Virus record (IMG/VR): IMGVR_UViG_3300044454_000146
Coordinates: 1-46,647 of that record
Source: a virus
Lineage: Duplodnaviria; Caudoviricetes
Strand: one strand, 5' to 3'
DNA length: 46,647 bases
The first letter of the stretch is position 1. The number at the start of each line of letters is the position of its first letter. Under the pieces are notes generated by a model. That model made no database searches. It was not told the DNA's origin and worked only from the letters and a program-made list of their open reading frames with translations. Positions 44,795-46,647 of this stretch are shown here, in pieces. The translations under genes were made by a program, and so were the position numbers.

Positions 44795-45483
44795 AACGCC
44801 TCCGTTCCGCGCATATCGATGAAGCCGAGTTCATTTTGCAGATGGCCGTTCGTCGGGTCGTCAATCAGCACCGTCGTGCCCTCATGCACATAGCCCGCGA
44901 CGACGCCAGTCCGATCTTCGCGCTGATAGACCGGCAGGCCGATCACGCGGTAGGGCCGCGGCGGTTGCGGCAGTGGTGCCATCTGGGCCTGCGCCCGAGC
45001 CGACCACCGTTCCATGGTCTCGACCGAGAGTTGATAGGGGTCGCGCCGGCGCGTCGGATCGAGATCCGCATGGCGGAGGAGCGGCAGATTGCCATACCGG
45101 GCGCGCCATGTGGCGATCTGCCATCCCATCGCAAGCAGCTGCGGGTCGGTATAGGGGTCGCGCCCATCCTGGAGGTTTTCCAGCTCGAACCCGAGCGTGG
45201 CCTGGTTCACGGCCTTGCCGCGGTAGGTATGACCGGAGAGCATAAAGCTGCTCGTGGGCGCACCGGCGTGATTGGCCCCGCGTTCGTCCGCAACCATCCG
45301 ATAGATGACGCCGGGCTTTTGAATCAGGACATGAATAGAAATGCCGCGCCCGTCGCCATGCTGAAGCGTGGCGCGGCTGTCGGTGCCGCCCGTGCCGTGC
45401 GCGACGATCGCCACGATCGGCTGCCCGGCCCGGTCGATCCAGTGGTCGGCAGGAAGCAGTTTGATGATCGGCGGGAGCGCCAT
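44791..45483 (-). CDS. Endolysin, N-acetylmuramoyl-L-alanine amidase (Amidase_2)
   Basis: IVAHGTGG, SIHVLI, NHAG, LGFELEN, RHADL...RDP; short SH3-like C-terminus; start uncertain (45483 or 45504). Confidence 0.9.
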   Translation of the reverse strand: MALPPIIKLLPADHWIDRAGQPIVAIVAHGTGGTDSRATLQHGDGRGISIHVLIQKPGVIYRMVADERGANHAGAPTSSFMLSGHTYRGKAVNQATLGFELENLQDGRDPYTDPQLLAMGWQIATWRARYGNLPLLRHADLDPTRRRDPYQLSVETMERWSARAQAQMAPLPQPPRPYRVIGLPVYQREDRTGVVAGYVHEGTTVLIDDPTNGHLQNELGFIDMRGTEAL

Positions 45484-45518
45484 CTGGGACTCACAGGATG
45501 ACAACAGAGTCTAGATGT

Positions 45519-45528
45519 AGTGTAGCAC
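45519..45528 (-). promoter_or_regulatory. Putative extended -10 promoter of the lysis/morphogenesis operon
   Basis: GTGCTACACT inside an AGATGT...ACATCT inverted repeat, just downstream of a terminator. Confidence 0.45.
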
Positions 45529-45560
45529 ATCTGTCTAGCCACTGCAGAGCGGACTGCGCA

Positions 45561-45596
45561 GAGAAACGCCGACGCCCCGCCAGGTGGCGGGGCGTC
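45561..45596 (-). terminator. Rho-independent terminator ending the leftward early operon
   Basis: GACGCCCCGCC stem followed by GGCGTTTCTC on the minus strand. Confidence 0.65.
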
Positions 45597-45618
45597 CTGG
45601 TGGTGATGGTGGTGGGGC

Positions 45619-46164
45619 CTAGCACGCATACCCCGGCGACTCCTTGCCCTTATAGCCCCGGCAGTAGCAATCCTCCCCGTCTGGGCCGGTCACGACATGG
45701 GAGAACCACGTGTCGCCCTGGCGCTCACGCTTTTTCATCGGCGCGTTGTGGCGCGGGCAGATCGGGAGGCCGTCCGGCGTGTAGGCCCACTGCTGCGCCG
45801 GCTGCGCGGTCGGCGTGACTCCCAGCGCGCGCAGGCGCTCGATCGCGCCCGGTAGCTGCTGGATGGTCCCCTCGAACGCAATCGTGACCGTATAGCCCTC
45901 GTAGACCGCCGCGATCTGTATCGTCAGCGTGCGCAGCTGGTGGTTGACCGCTGTGGGCGTCGGCGGCTCGGGCAACTCCTCCAGCGGCGCGCGACCGACC
46001 AGTGGCGTGGTCGTGTCCACGCGCCCGGTGTTCAGCGCGTCACGAGCGCGCTGGGCCTCGGCGCGCTTGCTATCCAGTTTGGCGCTGGCGTTCTCCTCCA
46101 GGCGGGGTTCGTTGCCGTGCATGACAACGGCGCGGCCGGCTTCGGTGGTGGTGGTGGTGGGCAT
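45619..46164 (-). CDS. Hypothetical protein with a C-terminal Zn-binding module
   Basis: AAGGAG SD; CPRHNAPM...WFSH...YCRG; N-terminal poly-Thr. Confidence 0.8.
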   Translation of the reverse strand: MPTTTTTEAGRAVVMHGNEPRLEENASAKLDSKRAEAQRARDALNTGRVDTTTPLVGRAPLEELPEPPTPTAVNHQLRTLTIQIAAVYEGYTVTIAFEGTIQQLPGAIERLRALGVTPTAQPAQQWAYTPDGLPICPRHNAPMKKRERQGDTWFSHVVTGPDGEDCYCRGYKGKESPGYAC

Positions 46165-46197
46165 CGCACGACTCCTTGTGTCATCTGATGATATGGC

Positions 46198-46647
46198 CTA
46201 CGCGTTGGGATTGGGGGTGATCGGGGCAGGCGCGCACGCCTCGATCAGCGCGATAGCCGCGCGATAGTGCTGCGCATGCTCGTTCTCGCCATGCGTCTCA
46301 TTGACCGCCGCAGCGAACGCGGAGAGCGTGCCGTCGAAACAGCCCGTGCGGATGAAAATACCCTTGTCCGTATAGAATGCGAGGAGCCAATCATCACGGC
46401 TCCCGATTGGTCCGATCTGGAGTACTCCGCGCCCAATAAGTGTTCCATGATCGCCCAGGTCCGCCCTGCGCAGGTCCGCCCCGCGCAGGTTCGCCCCGCC
46501 CAGGTCCGCCCCGCGCAGGTGCGCCCCGAGCAGGTGCGCCCCGATCAGGTCCGCCCCGCGCAGGTTCGCCCCGCCCAGGTCCGCCCCGCCCAGGTCCGCC
46601 CCGCGCAGGTTCGCCCCGCCCAGGTCCGCCCCGCCCAGGTCCGCCCC
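46198..46647 (-). CDS. Pentapeptide-repeat protein, C-terminal part
   Basis: ...[12 protein letters not shown]...[15 protein letters not shown]...[37 protein letters not shown]...; TAG at 46200-46198. Confidence 0.9.
   Translation of the reverse strand, partial: GADLGGADLGGANLRGADLGGADLGGANLRGADLIGAHLLGAHLRGADLGGANLRGADLRRADLGDHGTLIGRGVLQIGPIGSRDDWLLAFYTDKGIFIRTGCFDGTLSAFAAAVNETHGENEHAQHYRAAIALIEACAPAPITPNPNA
46500..46625 (+). repeat. Terminal overlap identical to 1-126
   Basis: Base-by-base identity for 126 nt, then three mismatches in the last 22 nt. Confidence 0.9.

Noticed and set aside
13071-45501. Many long plus-strand ORFs opposite the late operon
   Set aside because: Expected antisense shadows in high-GC3 DNA; Arg-rich, no motifs or SDs

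Overview
The window looks like an essentially complete, circularly assembled temperate tailed (siphovirus-like) phage genome of about 46.5 kb with high GC. A Chloroflexota host is my inference from gene architecture and is unverified. Positions 1-126 are identical to 46500-46625, and the junction falls inside a minus-strand pentapeptide-repeat gene that the ORF track missed. Layout: a leftward early operon (1374 to 1, wrapping to 45619); divergent near-consensus promoters with an HTH_17 regulator; a tyrosine integrase beside an attP core matching a tRNA-Gly 3' end; a rightward replication/accessory arm (initiator with internal iterons, DnaC-like ATPase, membrane-anchored HNH, membrane proteins, free-standing HNH); and a leftward late operon (amidase, terminase, portal, protease/scaffold polyprotein, major capsid, tail tube, chaperones, tape measure, tail tip). 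The standout is an ~11 kb block between the major capsid gene and the head-tail adaptor. It holds four glycosyltransferases, a DegT sugar aminotransferase and a PseH-like N-acetyltransferase, translationally coupled to putative head decoration/fibre genes, and is a candidate amino-sugar virion-glycosylation system. All products are assigned by eye from motifs and synteny; no database searches were run.
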